64,000 nt of DNA from Squalus acanthias. Lineage: Eukaryota. The translations under genes were made by a program, and so were the position numbers. How positions within the stretch are numbered: position 1 is the stretch's first letter; each line of letters opens with the position of its first letter. The stretch spans positions 142,354,001 to 142,418,000 of the forward strand of contig CM059432.1 in NCBI GenBank assembly GCA_030390025.1, given 5' to 3'. Shown piece after piece: positions 61,380 to 64,000 of the stretch. The notes beneath the pieces are model-generated. The model saw only the letters and a list, made by a program, of their open reading frames with translations. It did not search any database and was not told where the DNA came from.

Positions 61380-63867
61380 GACAGGCAGAGGGAAGAGCCA
61401 TCACCAACCGAGGATAGCCCAGGCTGCAAAGGGGACCCCTTCACAACACCGCCATCGTCACCCCGTTGAAACACCCCTGCAAGAAACCAGGACTGATTTC
61501 TCAGCTCGGGCGTAGTACAGCAGTTTTCGCATATCGAGGGTATGCAGGAACAGACCCAAGGGCTGGGAACAGCGTAATGGACTGTTTACTTTAGGACTTT
61601 GGACTTCATTTATTTATTTAAATGGGTTTCAAAATCGCTACCATTAATGTGCGTAGTTTAAAATCAACTACGCGATGTGTTTCCACCTTGGGGTACCTCA
61701 CCAAGGTCAAGGCCGACCTGCTGTTCTTGCAGGGACCTCAGCAACTACCGGCAGTGGTCGCGATGGTGGTCCCAGGGGCCATCGATCTGGTCAGGAGGCA
61801 ACGATTGCCGTGCCTCCGGCCTGGGTATTCTGCTGCGGGGAGGCAACTTCACCATCACCGAAGTTAAGGAGGTGGTGGGCGGCCGCCTCCTCGGAGCAGA
61901 CGTGTTGTACAAGAACGCCCCGCTCAGGCTGATCAACGTGTACGCCCCGGCTCTCAGGACGAGCGGCTGGCCGTTTTCCAGCAGCTGCCGCTGCTGCTGG
62001 CGACGTCCAGGCCGGTTATTCTGGGCGGTGACTTCAACGGCATCATCGATGCGGCTGGACGATCCGGCAGAGCCGACGGCAAACTGGACGCCATGTCCAG
62101 ACTCCTGATGGAAGCGGTAAAAGACGCCAAGCTGCACGACGTCTTCAGCAACCCTGCAGACGGAGCGCCGCGTAGATACACCTGGTCGAGACCAGACGGG
62201 TCCGTCCGTTCCAGGATAGACTTCCTGTTTGTGTCCCAAGCGCTCGCGGTCAGATCCACCGACGTCACGCCGGTGTTCTTCTCTGACCACTGCCTCTTAC
62301 TGGCTGACTGTCACCCACAGGAAGAGCAGAAAGTTGGCAGAGGGATATGGAAGCTGAACGTGAAACTGTTGACCCCAGAGAACATTGAGGAACTCAAAAG
62401 GGATTACAAAGGTTGGAGAACCGTGAAACCCCTCTTTGATTCCCCGGCGCACTGGTGGGAAACGATCAAGGCGAACATCAAGAGGTTCTTTATCCTCAAA
62501 GGTGTTCAGAAGGCGAGAGAGAGACAGAGGGAAACGTCCCGACTCCAGAAAAGCCTGCAGAATCTGCTCCTGCTGCAGTCGATGGGGGTCGACGTCGGGG
62601 AGGAACTCCAAGAGGTGAAGGGCCAGCAAGCCTCGCTCTACGCCTCCGAGTCCTCCAAGATCATCTTCCGCTCCAGAGTCCGCTCCGTGGAGCAGGACGA
62701 GACGTGCTCGCGTTTCTTCTTCCAAAAGGTACACAGAGGGAGCTCTGTGATCGACAGCCTGAAGGAAGAAGACGGTTCTGTGACGTCCTCGCAGCCTGAC
62801 ATACGAAGGATCAGCAAATCCTTCTACGCCGGGCTGTACGACGCGAAGCCCACAGACAGCGCGGCCTCCCAGTCTTTCCTGTCGTCTATCTCGGAGGTGC
62901 TAGACGACAGCAAGCGGGAGAGTCTGGATCACCCGTAACTCTGGACGAGCTGACAAAGGCCGTCCGCTCCTCCGAGACGAGTAAAACTCCCGGAAGCGAC
63001 GGCTTACCGGTCGAGTTGTATTCGGCTCTGTGGGACTGGATGGGCCCAGACCTGCTGGAAGTGTACGGGGGTATGCTTCTAGCCAGCAGCGTGTCAGAAT
63101 CCATGAGGAAAGGCATCATCACCCTCATCTACAAGCAGAAGGGGGAGAGGGAAGAAATCAGAAACTGCGGCCCATTTCGCTGCTTAATGTTGACTACAAG
63201 ATTCTGTCCAAGGTCATCGCCAACAGGGTCAAGGCTGCTCTGGAGCTGGTGATCCACCTGGATCAGACCCGCACCATATTCTGTATCACCTGTATTGTAC
63301 CACATGAAATGTGATGTGTATTGTATTGTAATGTATTTTGACAAATTTTATGAATAAAGTATATTTTGGAGAAAAAAAAATCGGTATTATTACTGCTGCC
63401 CACGCTCTCCGCCTCTTCATCTTTGTCTTCTGCTGGGATGTCGCCTGAGGTGAGGAATTACCTTCTATCAAGAGTAGGCTCCGTGCTTAGGATCCTTCTC
63501 AGAAAAGCTGTAAACCTGCGGTGTAGACAGTTGCCTGTCACTGTGATAAATACCAGCACCATTGTACTGACGTTCCTGCCAGAATGAGACTGTTTCTCAC
63601 TGTTGTAAGCCCCTGCTTCGGGACGGAGCTGGTTTTTAAGTTCTAGCCTCACTTCTCAGTCATGTAGCACGCAGAGTAAGCTCTTCCGAGTTGGATTAAC
63701 CGTCTTTTTCCTTCATTAATGGCTTTATTTTAATTTGTTTTCCGTTCTCAACTTGTACCACATGGGGCACATGGAATGCTCTTCCGAGTTTCTATTAAAA
63801 AAAAACAACGTATGGGAAGGAGAGACTTGATGGTCAACTCGTGGAGCTCATCAGGTTTACAGCTTCA

Positions 63868-64000
63868 TACTATGTCCGGTTCTGGGCACCGCACCTCAGG
63901 AAGGATATATTGGCCTTGGAGGAGGTGCAGCGCAGATTGACCAGAATGATACTGAGGCTTAGTGGCTTAAAATATGAGGACAGGTTGCAGAGACTAGGCT
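63868..64000 (+). mobile_element. CR1 LINE 3' fragment running off the window
   Basis: FWAPHLRKDILALEEVQRRLTRMI motif. Confidence 0.7.

Larger units (their letters stand above)
59392..63380 (+). mobile_element. Tx1-clade (L1 group) non-LTR retrotransposon, Keno-like, with U2 snRNA-derived head; frameshifted and internally deleted
   Basis: ORF1 with three CX2CX4HX4C knuckles (~60152-60304; the second has C>R and a stop); ORF2 from ATG 61622 ([43 protein letters not shown]); AATAAA + poly(A) at 63353-63380. Confidence 0.9.

Noticed and set aside
60162..61515. Cellular mucin-like or Cys-rich protein gene
   Set aside because: Lies between the gag-like knuckles and ORF2 of a Tx1 element; the other frames are open only because of the 42-bp repeat.

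Overview
Vertebrate genomic DNA, very probably from a shark or ray, judged from HE1-like V-SINEs, SacSINE1-like DeuSINEs and CR1/L2 LINEs. The only cellular gene I can support is an angiopoietin (ANGPT1/2/4 family) on the + strand. Five internal coding exons lie at 10389-10510, 20337-20569, 32954-33075, 42756-42857 and 50342-50508. They are GT-AG bounded, in phase, and encode the coiled-coil, the linker and the start of the fibrinogen domain. No other exons were recognised here. The rest is intron packed with repeats: CR1, L2, RTE and Penelope-like retroelements, SINEs, PIF/Harbinger-, hAT- and Tigger-type MITEs with readable TIRs/TSDs, several minisatellites, a 500-N gap, and a Tx1-clade retrotransposon. 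Most notable observations: (1) the Tx1 element carries a U2 snRNA 5' fragment at its head (Keno-like) but sits outside a U2 gene; (2) a 44-bp minisatellite copies the exon's 5' splice site 14 extra times; (3) two putative minimal hammerhead ribozymes occur in Penelope-like fragments, one split by a MITE at its predicted cleavage site; (4) a tRNA-headed, internally deleted LINE; (5) inverted repeat pairs flank exon blocks. All family assignments are from memory of consensus sequences, not from database searches.
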